A DNA stretch of 64,000 bases from the human T2T-CHM13v2.0 reference genome, Homo sapiens: assembly GCF_009914755.1 (NCBI RefSeq), contig NC_060925.1. One strand, given 5' to 3'. Below, one piece after another: positions 36,801-48,400 of this stretch; positions within the stretch are counted from its first letter, which is position 1; each line of letters opens with the position of its first letter. The position numbers and the translations under genes were made by a program. The notes under the pieces are model-generated. The model saw only the letters and a program-made list of their open reading frames with translations. It was not told the DNA's origin and searched no databases.

Positions 36801-39783
36801 CGTTCCTGAGAGTGAACCAGGACTTTATATTGCCTAAGGTGAGACGGTAGAGAAAATTTAAGAGTAGAAAGGGTTGAGTGATCCGTTCAAATATTGCAAC
36901 AGAGACTTCTGAGATAATGTCCTCAAGGAGACCTTGAAACAGAAGGTCAGCACATGTTGAAAGGAATGTCTGTGGCCAAGAGAAAGAATAGAAAATGGTT
37001 TACAGGCTTCCTCTGTATCAGAGAGGGCTCCTGCAAGATCCTCGATGATGTTCCATTCATCTTTCCCTTCTGTAAACAAAAGTAGGTGTCTTCCTAATTC
37101 CCTTTCAAAAAGACATCTTTTCAGTTCCTCACTCTGGCCATGGACATTTCCATGTGAAAATACACATAGTGCATCTTGCGGCCACTAGATACAAAGCCAT
37201 GTACAGAAATGAGGCCAGGGGCAGATGGGGCGAATTGAAAAGACGAAAGAAGAAAAGAATGACAGGGTCGAGAAGGCAACATTGATTGAGTGAAAGAATG
37301 AGAAGCCGCAGTCAGTCAGGAGGTGATTCTCACTAAGGGTAAGTGGGGTGGCAATAGCACACCATTTTGAGTATACTGAATGCTGCTAGGTGGTTCCCAC
37401 TCCTTTGGTGAATTTTGTGTTATGTAAATTTCACATCAACAATTACTTGTTTGAAAAAGAGAAAACAAGGCTCTAAGAAACAACTGCAACACAGAACTTA
37501 TTATTATCCTTGTTCTCTGATAAATATTTGTGTGTCATGAGCCTGCCATGGCAATTTCTGCCCTTCCCCTGGCCCAGCTTCGTTCTTATTTCTCCCCGCC
37601 GAGCTGCTGTACTTCAGAGATCTACACACCTACCCGCCTGCCTCCCCCCACGGGGTCCCCTCACCTGAGCTCCTCAGCTTGCTTCAGCTGCTCTGCAAGC
37701 TTCTCCTCCTTGAACTGTCGCTCATTCCTCAGCATAAATTTTATGAGGTCTTTACACTCTTCATACTCTGAGAAAAGACAGACACGCCTGCCTCAGTGGA
37801 AGGCTGGACATGCTGCTGTGGTCACTGCCTACAGGGCAGGAGCCAGTTCCATCCCAAGGACAAAACTCTCCCCAGTACCAGGGTCTAGACAGGGATTTCC
37901 ACATCTTTACTCTTCAGTCTCCTGACTTTCTGGCATCTGATCCTCCAAAATTTAAAGACGAAGAAAGAGAACCTCAAGGGCGCATCAAGGAAGTTGACAA
38001 GATGATTCAACCACAACGAAGTGGAGTCAGAACTCACAGCCCCTGAGGTCTGACTCTGAATGCGGGGCCACTTTCCCAAGCCTTGCAGCCTCTCCTCTAA
38101 AACACTGCACTGGGGCATGAAGTAGTGATTTCTTGTACAGTCGGGAAGGCCCCTAGGACTATGGGACTGATGGTTTCCCTTTTACTGGGTATTTCAAGGA
38201 CAAATATGTCAAGGACTTTAAAAATATTTCATTTTTAGATCAATATTCAGATATGGTTTTAAGAATCATATCTGAAGCATAAAGTGTGAGACATAAGACA
38301 ATAAGGCCATGAAGGAAATATGCCCAAATACTTTATTAGTATGAGAGGCAGCATTAAGATTTAGATTCGTTGTGTTAATTTAGAAACAGCATAAGATTAG
38401 TTTGTGTTAATTTAGAAACATCAGAATGAAGAACTAATAGATAGTGTTCACACTGTGCCAATTAATGTTCAAGGAGATTGACAGGAAATGCCTCATGTAA
38501 TTCATTGCAGCAATTTACAGAGGTAGGTATTATTGTAGTACCCTCTGAACAGATGAGGAAACTGAGGGACAGACAAGACAAGCAACTTGGATGGAGCCCA
38601 GGAGACAGGCTGAGGGTCCCTGCTTTGCACACTGCACTGCTGCTTCCACACATTCTCGGGTGTGATCTTTCTTCCTCTTTAGGAACAAGAGCCTGTGCAC
38701 CAGGAAGCAGGACTTCACTCTCACCAAGGTACTCTCTTTTATTTTTATTTTTGATTTATTTATCTTTTTGTTTGTTTGTTTTTTGACGAGTCTTGCCCTG
38801 TCACCCATGCTGGAGTGCAATAGTGCAATCTTGGCTCACTGCAACATCTGCCTGCTGGGTTCAAAGGATTCTTCTGCCTCAGCCTCCCGATTAGTGGTGA
38901 TTACAGTTGCCCTCCACGACGCCCATCTACTTTTTGTATTTTTAGTGGAGATGGGGTTTCTCCATGTTGCCCAGGCTAGTCTCAAACTGCTGACCTCGTG
39001 CTCTGCCCGCCTCAGCCTCCCAAAGTGCTGAGATTACAGGAGTGAGCCACGTTGCACGGCCCCTACTCCCTGCTCTTGATGCTGTCACTTATAGATAGCA
39101 CAGGTTCTATTAGGAGCAGACTCCTCTTGAAGCCCCTCAGAGCAGGTACTGGGTACTATCACCAAGTTCCCCTCAGAGTCACTAGAACAGAGCTTTGCCT
39201 CTTGGGCCTCAACGGAAATTTGAACTGAATAAAAGTTCACTAGTCCTAGACATTTAGAACAACAGACTAGATGTTATTTGTCTGCAGGATCTTATATGGT
39301 ACAGAGAGGATTCTTGAAAACATGATTGAGCCTCTTGGAGAAAACAGGTCGTTCTGTGCCTGTGTTAGAAATCAATAACTGTGAGTTTAACTCTAGTCCC
39401 ACCCCCATCTGATTGCAAACATGGAAAGTTGCTAAATACTTTGGTACCTCTGTCTTCCAACTTTAACAAAATGTTAAAATACCCGTTTCTGTTTTCCTAG
39501 AAGTACAGGAAGGATGAAATTATTTTTGATGGAGAGAGCATTTAGTGTCTCAGAGAGAAGACAGGACATCATTCATCACTTTCATGACGGTGAGCCTATA
39601 GATCTTACTGTATTTCTTCTGTCGGTTGGCCAGGAAGCCGGCCAGTTGAGTTAGAAAACATCTCTCTTTGAGGTTTCCGAACTGCTGTTTGTTCTCTGCC
39701 AACTGGGGGCGCAATTTCTCGTTGATTTCTAGAATGTTCATCTCTGCCTTCTCGCTGGACCAAGGGCCGGCTGATACCACCAT
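22729..39783 (-). CDS. NBPF9: NBPF protein, spliced CDS 2016 nt / 671 aa: coiled-coil N-terminus + 6 Olduvai (DUF1220) domains CON1-CON2-HLS1-HLS2-HLS3-CON3
   Basis: 15 GT-AG exons (coding lengths 175, 103, 215, 73, 206, 52, 164, 52, 173, 52, 173, 52, 173, 109, 244) join in frame from [15 protein letters not shown] to [12 protein letters not shown] with no internal stop. Confidence 0.9.
23585..23693 (-). CDS. NBPF9: NBPF coding exon 14 (expanded small exon before CON3, 109 nt, polybasic)
   Basis: [37 protein letters not shown]. Confidence 0.92.
24408..24580 (-). CDS. NBPF9: NBPF coding exon 13 (HLS3 large, 173 nt)
   Basis: [38 protein letters not shown]...SLDVG. Confidence 0.93.
24779..24838. 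repeat. (CA)~20(GA)~10 compound microsatellite in the HLS3 intron
   Basis: Direct reading. Confidence 0.95.
25227..25278 (-). CDS. NBPF9: NBPF coding exon 12 (HLS3 small, 52 nt)
   Basis: [18 protein letters not shown]. Confidence 0.92.
25988..26160 (-). CDS. NBPF9: NBPF coding exon 11 (HLS2 large, 173 nt)
   Basis: [38 protein letters not shown]...ALDLD. Confidence 0.93.
26757..26808 (-). CDS. NBPF9: NBPF coding exon 10 (HLS2 small, 52 nt)
   Basis: [18 protein letters not shown]. Confidence 0.92.
27528..27700 (-). CDS. NBPF9: NBPF coding exon 9 (HLS1 large, 173 nt)
   Basis: [38 protein letters not shown]...AVDMD. Confidence 0.93.
27889..27937. repeat. Interrupted (CA)n in the HLS1 intron
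   Basis: Direct reading. Confidence 0.95.
28334..28385 (-). CDS. NBPF9: NBPF coding exon 8 (HLS1 small, 52 nt)
   Basis: [18 protein letters not shown]. Confidence 0.92.
29429..29592 (-). CDS. NBPF9: NBPF coding exon 7 (CON2 large, 164 nt)
   Basis: [54 protein letters not shown]. Confidence 0.93.
30160..33258 (+). mobile_element. L1PA internal segment (late 5' UTR, ORF1, ORF2 EN region) in the CON2 intron; no 3' end or tail
   Basis: ORF1p peptides at 30426-30827 and from 31021; ORF2p peptides at 32229-32851; flanked by a 17-bp direct repeat. Confidence 0.92.
31158..31872 (-). mobile_element. 5'-truncated L1PA nested in the L1 above, 12-bp TSD
   Basis: ORF2 C-terminus (31430-31801) plus 3' UTR; TSD ttcaacattctt at 31146-31157 and 31873-31884. 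Confidence 0.93.
33496..33547 (-). CDS. NBPF9: NBPF coding exon 6 (CON2 small, 52 nt)
   Basis: [18 protein letters not shown]. Confidence 0.92.
33979..34246 (+). mobile_element. Alu (5'-truncated, AluS-like)
   Basis: ttgggaggccaag...ctccagcctgggtgacagagcaagactccatc plus a long A tail. Confidence 0.93.
34835..35040 (-). CDS. NBPF9: NBPF coding exon 5 (CON1 large exon, 206 nt)
   Basis: [24 protein letters not shown]...DAVHIIP. Confidence 0.93.
35505..35577 (-). CDS. NBPF9: NBPF coding exon 4 (CON1 small exon, 73 nt)
   Basis: [25 protein letters not shown]. Confidence 0.92.
36619..36833 (-). CDS. NBPF9: NBPF coding exon 3 (215 nt)
   Basis: [23 protein letters not shown]...QHLVQKLSP. Confidence 0.93.
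37665..37767 (-). CDS. NBPF9: NBPF coding exon 2 (103 nt, coiled coil)
   Basis: [35 protein letters not shown]; canonical splice sites. Confidence 0.93.
38737..39061 (-). mobile_element. Alu
   Basis: T-rich tail then gagtcttgccctgtcacccatgctggagtgc...gtgagccac. Confidence 0.92.
39609..39783 (-). CDS. NBPF9: NBPF coding exon 1 (exon 39609-39818, ATG at 39783)
   Basis: [10 protein letters not shown]...ANRQKKY; ccccag acceptor, gtaaga donor. Confidence 0.93.
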
Positions 39784-40180
39784 GCTGACGTTTGTGGCAG
39801 AAGAGGTGGGGCCAGGGACTGGGGAGAAGAAACCCAAACATATGATGGGTTAAAAACTGGTGAAATCAAATAGGTTTAATCAGGACTGAGGGATGTCAGT
39901 AACTGAAATTCTTACCTTACTGTTGTGAAAAATGTGATCACTCCCACAGCACTTTAGGATCCTTCACCACAAAAACAAGGTTTGAGGTGCCTCAACTCAG
40001 AGCTGAAAGCACTGCCAGTAGCTCAGACTCTGATAAGAGTGAGGTAGATTGTGGCCAGCGTGCCAGGTAACCGTCTGCAGTTGCAATAACAGAATTAGAA
40101 GGTGGGGGTGTCATGGAATCTTAGGAGCCCTGCATTCCAATTGCCCAGGCTTTGCTGAAACACAGGCACCCTACTCTCAC

Positions 40181-40280
40181 CTGAGGGTCACCACCAATGG
40201 GGATCATTCCTTCAGCATTCACTCTCAGTATTCGTGTACCCTTGTGACAATGCCACAGACCCGTGTCTTTCCCAATACAT
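40181..40280 (-). other. Candidate NBPF 5' UTR exon (100 nt)
   Basis: gcttag acceptor and CAG|gtgaga donor just upstream of the ATG exon. Confidence 0.5.
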
Positions 40281-40426
40281 CTAAGCATATTCCTCACTGT
40301 TTATCTCTTGTCTGTACAACATCATCAAGGCAGAAACAGTTTCCCAACAGGTTATATTTTCTTAATGGTAGTCATGAAGTCATAAATAAAAAAATGGAAT
40401 CATTTAGTATGTTCTCTTGTTTTGAC

Positions 40427-40599
40427 TTTTTTTTTTTTTTTGAGACAGAGTCTCACTCTGTCGCCCAGGCTGGAGTGCAGTGACGCGATCTAGGCTCACT
40501 GCAAGCTCTGCCTCCCAGGTTCACGCTATTCTCCTGCCTCAGACTCCCAAGTAGCTGGGAATACAGGCGCCCGCCACCACGCCTGGCTAATTTTTCTTT

Positions 40600-40630
<31 letters not shown>

Positions 40631-40755
40631 GTATTTTTAGTAGAGACGGGGTTTCACTGTGTTAGCCACGATGGTCTCGATCTCCTGACCTCGTGATCTG
40701 CCGCCTCAGCCTCCCAAAGTGCTGGGATTACAGGCGTGAGCCACCGCGCCCGGCC
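40427..40755 (-). mobile_element. Alu (AluY-like) with an expanded A-rich linker
   Basis: Full dimer; T-rich run of about 40 nt at 40591-40630. Confidence 0.95.
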
Positions 40756-41717
40756 GACTTCTCTTTACTCAGGTGGGTATATATGCCACTAATTTGTTTG
40801 ATTGTGTTTTTCCCTTGTTTCATTTTGTTTTGGCCAAGTAATATCCTATTGATTGTATGATTATCACACAATTTGATATCCATTTTTCTGATGGGAGACA
40901 GGTTTACTTGATAACTACTGTGCATAAGTAACTATGAATATTCTCATACAATTATTTCTGTGAAGATACATACTTATTTTCCTGGGTATCTATAGCTAGG
41001 GATGGAGTTGCTTGGTGAATGGGTAGAAAATGTTGGACAGAGTTTTGCAAAGTATTTGTATTGTTTTACATTTCTATGAAAGATGTAGGCCATTTCCAGT
41101 TGCTCTACATTCCCACACACTTAATATTTTCAGTCTTTTAAACTATGCCAGGTGTGTAGTGATATCCTAAAATTTGGTTTTCTCATGCCTAATGTTCATT
41201 TAGATATCTTCTTATGGAAAATATCTTCTCAAATTTTTATATTCATTGATATACTGGGCTGTTTGTCAATTTCTTTGTAATAGGAGTTCTTTATATATTT
41301 TGAATGAGTCCATTTATACATACATATTTTTTGCTGTAATATATAGCAAATAATTATTCCTGGTCTAGAGATAGCGTTTAAGTTGTTAAACAACAACATA
41401 ATAAGGAGAAGCTTTTTAAAAATGAAGTGCAATTCGCTTGATTTCTTATTGTGGTGAGTGCTACAGTATCTAGTCTAAGAAATATTTTCCTGTGTCAAGT
41501 TCATGAAACTATTTCCTATTTTTCCTTTACAAGGTTTCTAATTTTAACTTTCACATCTTAAGATAATTTCAACATATGATGGAGAGTGGTTAATATTAAC
41601 TTTTTAAAACAACAAATATTATTTCACTCAAAATCGTTTTACTTAAAAGTCTTTCATTTCCCCAATGAAGGGCATTGGTGTCTTTGTTTTTAAAACATTT
41701 AGAAGCGGCGGTGCGAG

Positions 41718-41890
41718 CATGTTCTCACTCATGGGTGGGAAATGAACAATGAGAACACTTGGACACAGGACGGGGAACATCACACACCAGGGCCTGTCAT
41801 GGGGTGAGGGCTGGGGGAGGGATAGCATTAGGAGAAATACCTAATGTAAATGACGAGTTAATGGGTGCAGCAAACCAACATGGCACACGT
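41718..41890 (+). mobile_element. L1PA 3' UTR fragment
   Basis: catgttctcactca...gggatagcattaggaga...aacatggcacac. Confidence 0.9.
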
Positions 41891-42090
41891 ATATATATAT
41901 AATATATATACACGTGTATATATATTATATATACACATATATACATGTATACACGTATATATAATATATACACACACATGAATATATATAATATATATAC
42001 GTGTATATACATACGTGTGTATATATAATACGTGTATATACATAATATACAATATATATAACATGTGTATATATATTATATATATATATA
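41890..42090. repeat. (TA)n/(TACA)-rich low-complexity repeat
   Basis: Direct reading. Confidence 0.9.
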
Positions 42091-42102
42091 TTTTTCTTTT
42101 TT

Positions 42103-42910
42103 AAGTGGCGGAGCGAGGGCTACTGCACAGCTAGCAGAGTCGTGGCGAGGAGGACAGCACCTGCATCGAGCTCTCCGCCTCCCCCACCCGCCAGCCCAGG
42201 CGGCCCCAGCAGCAGCGACCAGAGGAGCCCCTGCAGCAACGCAACGGCCAGGTGGACACCTCCATCTACAGCCTCGTGGCGGACGGGACCTGTTAGGACA
42301 CGGCCATTGTGGGCAACAAGGACCCACCTTCCATCTGGGCCGCCGTCCCAGGGAAAACCTTCCTCAACATCACGCCAGCTGAGGTTGGTGTCCTGGTTGG
42401 CAAAGACTGGTCAAGCTTTGTCATGAATGGGCTGACACTGGGGGGGCCAGAAATATACTGTGGTCCTGGACTCACTGCTGCAGGATGGGGAATTGACCAC
42501 GGATCTTTGTATGAAGAGCATCGGTGGAGCCCCCACCTTCAACGTCATTGTCACCATGACTGCCAAGACGCTAGGCCTGCTGATGGGCAAAGAAGGTATC
42601 CATGGCAATTTCATCAACAAGTAATGTTATGAAATGGCCTCCCACCTTCAGCGTTCCCAGTACTGACCTCCTTTGTTCCTTCCACTCCACCGCTCCCCAC
42701 AGCTTTGCCCACCTTTCCTTCACATACACACACCATTTTAATTTCAGGAGTCATCACTCCACACACCTTATTGCTGCCAAAACCACATGGGCTGGGGGCC
42801 AGGGATAGATGGACAGACACCTTCCCCCACCCATACCCCTCCTGTGTGTGGCTGGAAAACTTTTTTTTGATAGATTTTTTATGAATAAAAAAGATTCTAC
42901 TAAAAAAAAA
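42103..42910 (+). pseudogene. PFN1P12: Profilin-1 processed pseudogene (former CDS 42244-42666), antisense within an NBPF intron
   Basis: Intronless PFN1 homology ([24 protein letters not shown]; [13 protein letters not shown]). ATG changed to ACG, premature TAG at 42294 and TAA at 42622, frameshifts, AATAAA at 42884 and A tail 42902-42910. The copy number in the symbol is from recall and uncertain. Confidence 0.93.
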
Positions 42911-43842
42911 TCAATAACTGTACATAAGTGGGCATATTGTTTGAGTCTGTATTCTTTCACTTTGATATATTTATGAATACTTACACCATTACTACTGTTT
43001 TAAAATTACTGTAGCTTTAAAATCAGGTTTGAAATCTAGCAGAGTAAGTCCTCCAACTTATTGCTTCTTCAATATCGACTTGCTTATTCTAGGTTCTTTG
43101 ATTTTCAAATACATTTTGAAACTAGCTTTCAAATTTCTCTAAAATCTCCTACTAGAAATAATAAGCAGAATTGTGTTGATGTAATATGCTAACAAAATTG
43201 AGTCTTCCAATCAATGAACATTATATATATTTATTTAGCCTTCTTTAATTTTTCTCACCAATTGCTTTTAGGGGCCTTGTACCTGCTTCATTGCATGTAT
43301 TGTTAAGCATGTAATGATTCTGGCTATTAATCTCTATTATGTTTTATTGAATTTCATTTTCTAGCTGCTAATTGCTAGTATGGAGAAATTAAGATGATGA
43401 AAACAACTTTATAAAGGCATAATTTCGGTACAACAGACTGCACCACTTTAAAATGTGTAATTCAATGCACGTTTACAAATGGATACACTAACGGAACTAC
43501 TGTCACAACCAAGATAGAGGAAATTCCCTATGCCCCAAAGTTTCTTGTACCCCTTTGCAGTTCATCAGCCTTTCAACCCTCAGCCCCAAGGAGCCACTGT
43601 CACTTCAGGTCCGTTTGCATTTTTAACCATTTTCTATAAATGAAATGATACCTGTGTTCTTTTGTGTCTGCCTTCTTTCATGCATCAATGTAATTTTAAA
43701 ATCCATCTGTAATGTCTTGTAAATACTGAGTAGTATTCCTTCGTGTGGCTATACCATGTATGTTTGTACTTTCACTTATTATTGGACATTTCTATCATTC
43801 CGCGTTTGGGCTATTATGAAGAAACTATCATGAGCATCCATA

Positions 43843-44507
43843 CGTGGCAGGACAGGTCTCACTAACACAGGCCTCCCTAACAACTGTTTCAGTACCGACT
43901 GAGTGGTTCAATTAAATATTAAGAGGAAAAAAAAAAAAAAGAAGCCAGTGCCCTTATACAAAGGCTGGAATGTAACAAAAGCCCACCAAGAGTTTTGCCT
44001 AGGTTTTTCCTGGGCCTTAAAGCATGACGAAATAACGAAGGCATTCTTAACAGGAGCCATTTAGTATTAAACGAGTTTTATTGGGGGTCTGAAGAAACTC
44101 CCCAGGCCTCCACAAACAAGTTTATTGGAGATCTGAAGGGACTCTCCAAACCTCTGTGATTTAGCAGGAGACAAGATAAGGGCCCCCAGCACCTAGACCC
44201 ATTTAGATTAACTGAATTTAACTGAGGTTCCAGAGGAAGGTCTTCAGGACTCAGACTTAGTTATAGATTAAAAGAAGTTAATCATTTATGTATTTAGATG
44301 AATGCACACTTCCACATACACATATAGCTTAGAAGGTACATTAGCTCAGGAAAACTTTCCAATTTTGAGTTGGTCTGGTGATAATTTCCAGGCCGTTTCC
44401 CTGTAACCAGTTGCAGAAGTCAAAACTCTCTTCCTCCCCAGTTCATCTGTGTCTCGTTACTGAGCCACGAGAAATAGCAGCCCGCCCCTCAGGTTGGTCT
44501 GGAAACA
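43843..44507 (+). mobile_element. ERV1-class solo LTR (PABL-like, ~665 bp) inside an ancient L1
   Basis: Begins gtggcaggacaggtctcactaacacaggcctcc, ends ggtctggaaaca; interrupts continuous L1M-like sequence. Confidence 0.6.
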
Positions 44508-44883
44508 CACATACAGATCATTGTGCAGACACAGTGTGTAAATTCCCAGGAATGGAATGACTGTCTATCTGATTTGTGTTATGTTTAACCTTTAAGAAAC
44601 TGTTAGATTTTCAAAGGAGCCATACCATTTTTCATTCCTACAAGCATAAGACTTCCAAGTGCTTTATATCCTCACCAACAGGTGCTATTTTCAGCCTTTT
44701 TAATTTTAGCCATTCTTATGGATATGTACTGGTATCTCATTGTTGCACTGATTGATCTCCCTGATGACTAAACAGTGGAGCATCTTTTCCTATGCTAATT
44801 GACCATTCATGTGTCTTCTTTTCTGAAGTATCTAAGTCTTTTGAGAAATTGTTTCAATGTGCTGTTTATCTTATCAGACTGCA

Positions 44884-44966
44884 ATATATATATATATGTG
44901 TGTGTGTGTGTGTCTGTATATATATATATATTCCCTATTTGGAGATGATAATCTTCAAAACGGTGA

Positions 44967-44998
<32 letters not shown>

Positions 44999-45035
44999 GT
45001 TTGTGTGTGTATGTGTGTATACATATATATATGTC
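44884..45035. repeat. Mixed (TA)n/(TG)n/(CA)n microsatellites
   Basis: Direct reading. Confidence 0.85.
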
Positions 45036-45460
45036 CTAAGAATCAATTAGACATACATGTGAGTATCTATTTCTGGATTCTCTCTTCTCTTCCACTGATA
45101 TATATTCCATTTTTTTTTTCAACAAAACACATAATCTTGATTTTCATAGCTGTAGAGTAATTCTGGAAATAGGTAGTGAATTCATTCACCATTATTCTTT
45201 TATAATATTGCTATTTTATTATTCTTGATCATTGACATTACCATATAAATGGTAGAATCAGCTTGTAAATTTCTACCAAAATGCCGGTTGGAATTTTTAT
45301 TAGAATTGCATTGGATCTGGAGATCAATTTACGAAGAACTGACTTTTTAAACATAACAACTCTTCTGATCCATGACAAGGTTTATCTCCCCACTAATTTA
45401 GTTCTTTCATAATTTCCCAAAGCAATTTTTTGTAGTTTTTGTTGTACTGGCCTTACATAA

Positions 45461-45779
<319 letters not shown>

Positions 45780-46384
45780 GTTGAATTTATTTATAAGCAC
45801 AACATGTATTTAGATGTTACTTTAAATGAAATTGTATTCTTATTTCATTTTCCAAATGCTCATTGCTAATATACAGAAATACAAAAGACCACTTATATTG
45901 AGAGCTTACATTCTGCAACACTACCAAACTCACTGATTAGTTCTGGTAGATTTTTGTAGATTTCTAGCATTGTTAACAAACACAGTCATTATCTGTGAAT
46001 AAAGACAGCTTCAATTCTTTCTTTTCAATACTTTATTAATTTTTCTTACTTTATTGCATTGATTTAGAGCTCTAGTATAATGCTGAATTAGAAGAGTAAC
46101 AACAGGTATTCTACTTTTTTCTCTGATTTAATAGAAAAGCATTCAATCTTATGCCATTTAATATAATGTTACCTGTGGGTTCTTCAAATCTGCCATTAAT
46201 GGGGTTGGAAGTGTTGCCTTCTGTTCTCATCATGCTGAGCATTTTCTGGGGTTTGTTTTTATAAATCATGAAAAAAGTTTTCAATTTTGCCAAATGCTTT
46301 TACTGTGTATGACAAGGTAATCATACGGTTTTTCTCTTTTGCCCTGATAATATATAAAATGATATTTTTTAAATATAAAAAAGA

Positions 46385-46448
46385 GGCCGGGCATGGTGGC
46401 TCACGCCTGTAATCCCAGCACTTTGGGAGGCTGAGGCAGGCGGATCAC
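46385..46448 (+). mobile_element. Alu 5' fragment (~64 nt), abruptly truncated
   Basis: ggccgggcatggtggctcacgcctgtaatcccagcactttgggaggctgaggcaggcggatcac. Confidence 0.9.
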
Positions 46449-47852
46449 ACTTGTGGCAGCATTGAAGGCTTCACTCTTCCCCAAGGGATCCAATCTCCCC
46501 TCAGTCAAGAAGCTCCAGGTATCTGAACTGGATGCCAGGTCAAAAATTCCCACTATGGTGACTCCAACAGGTCTCTGTCCTCAGAACTAGAGCTTTTCTA
46601 ATTATTACATAAGTTGACTTCTTAGTAGATTTCCCATCCATTACATCCCAGACACCTCACAATGATTAGTAACCACCACATGTCCCTGCCTCTCAAGGAA
46701 ATCCCTCCCGCCTTGTCTCTAGACAGCCAAGTCCCACGGCCTGTCCTCTACTCTTCCAGAACCCTGTTGTTCTGACAGCAGGGAGGGCAAATCCATGCGG
46801 CATCTCCCGCCATGACCTCCAGCCTGCAGAGGAGAGGTGCCACAGGACCTTTACACGCACACCGCTGTTCCCCTCACCCATGCATTTCTTAATGCCTTGG
46901 TGAGGAGAATGCCTCTGGGTCTTCCTTGATGGGAGCTAAAGGAACAAAGGTAAATAATGCTATGGGACCCACTGAGAATTGGGGCTGTGGAAGAGTGGCC
47001 ACTGAAGTAATAGACAGATGCAGCTATTGCCAGATACTCAGTGCCAGAGCAGGGAGGGAGAGGGAAGAAATACGGACCTCACCTTCCTCTCACTTCCAGG
47101 CTCCATCGGGTGCCCCCATTGCTAAACCTAACTACAAGTGTGCACACAGGGGAGCCAGGGATGCATTCTAGAAGGGACAAGCCCCAAGTGGCATAAGACA
47201 GGATGGAAATGAGTGGAGAGTGGATCTGTGGGAAGGAGGAGGGGATGTTATGGGGAAACAAAAGGAGAATACTAGCTAATAACGCTAGGTGACACTAATA
47301 TCCCCAAGTCTGTGCTCATATTCGGAAAAGACAGCTCAGCGTAAAGCACTCAACCAGGAGTCAAGATATTGTTATTTTCAACTGTTGTTCCAACAGTTGT
47401 ATTATAAAGGGCTAGTTTATTTCATGCCTTTCTAATTTGACATAAAGTGCTACATGGCATTGGGGCTGGTACAGCCTCGCTCAATTATGGGTTGAAGAGT
47501 ACACAGAGACTGCCAGGCTGAGGGAAGGTGCAAGAGAATAGAAGAGATGCTCACAGAGAACCACAGACCGCACGGCCCCAGAGTCAGGGGCAGCATCAGC
47601 CACTGTCGGCTGCTCATTTGTCCAGACAGAGCCCACAAGCCTCAGCCATGCTTTGCTTCTGCAAGATGCTTCTTCACCTTTTCAATAAACCTGCCTGAAT
47701 TAAAGCTGATGGGAGTTTATTTCTCCTTCATCATAAAAGAAATTCTTCACCACAACAATCTCCAATGAATTGTGGGCACAGAAGGCAGACCCATCCCTGC
47801 TTCTCTTCCACTATCTCCCCTGTAGGTTGAAAAGGAGGAGGTACTGAATTAC

Positions 47853-48076
47853 CTCCAAATGTTCCTTTGGCTCTGATATTCTGTGACTCTGGTTTCTTTT
47901 TGGCTACTTTGTTTTTGGAAGCATGTATCCTAAGGCGTCCAGTTGAAAAAACTTTGTCTACTGTGTCCAGACATTCCTGGTGGTATTTCAGATAAGACAC
48001 TCTTGGGTTGCTGCACTCACAACCACTGAACCAATTCTATGACCATCTGTTTCATGGCCACCTGTTTGCTCATTTC
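47853..48076 (-). other. NBPF 5' UTR exon (224 nt)
   Basis: acatag acceptor, GAG|gtaatt donor; sequence recalled from NBPF-family mRNA leaders. Confidence 0.65.
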
Positions 48077-48400
48077 CTATGTACATAAAGGGAGGGGACA
48101 GACAACAAATTTGCATATTATAAACTGTATCATCTTAAAAAGGAAACAAGGCAATATTTTGCAATAAAACCTTAAGATGCATTAAATTTAAGCCTAATGC
48201 AATAAAGAATGCCCATAAAATTATTATCTAAAGAATGTTTAGAAAATTGTTCAACAAGGGACATCATCATTTAAAGTGATACGAAGAAAACTCAGCTAAG
48301 CATATGGGCTAGATTAGAGAGAAAAATAAAGGACCCATCTCTGCCCTGGAAAAACTACTGGTAGCATCTTTCAGAAAGCTCTCTGTGTTTGAGTACGCAC

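Noticed and set aside
22729-39783. NBPF pseudogene status
   Set aside because: All 15 exons have canonical splice sites and join without a stop or frameshift.
42244-42666. Functional profilin retrogene
   Set aside because: Start codon lost, at least two premature stops, and frameshifts.
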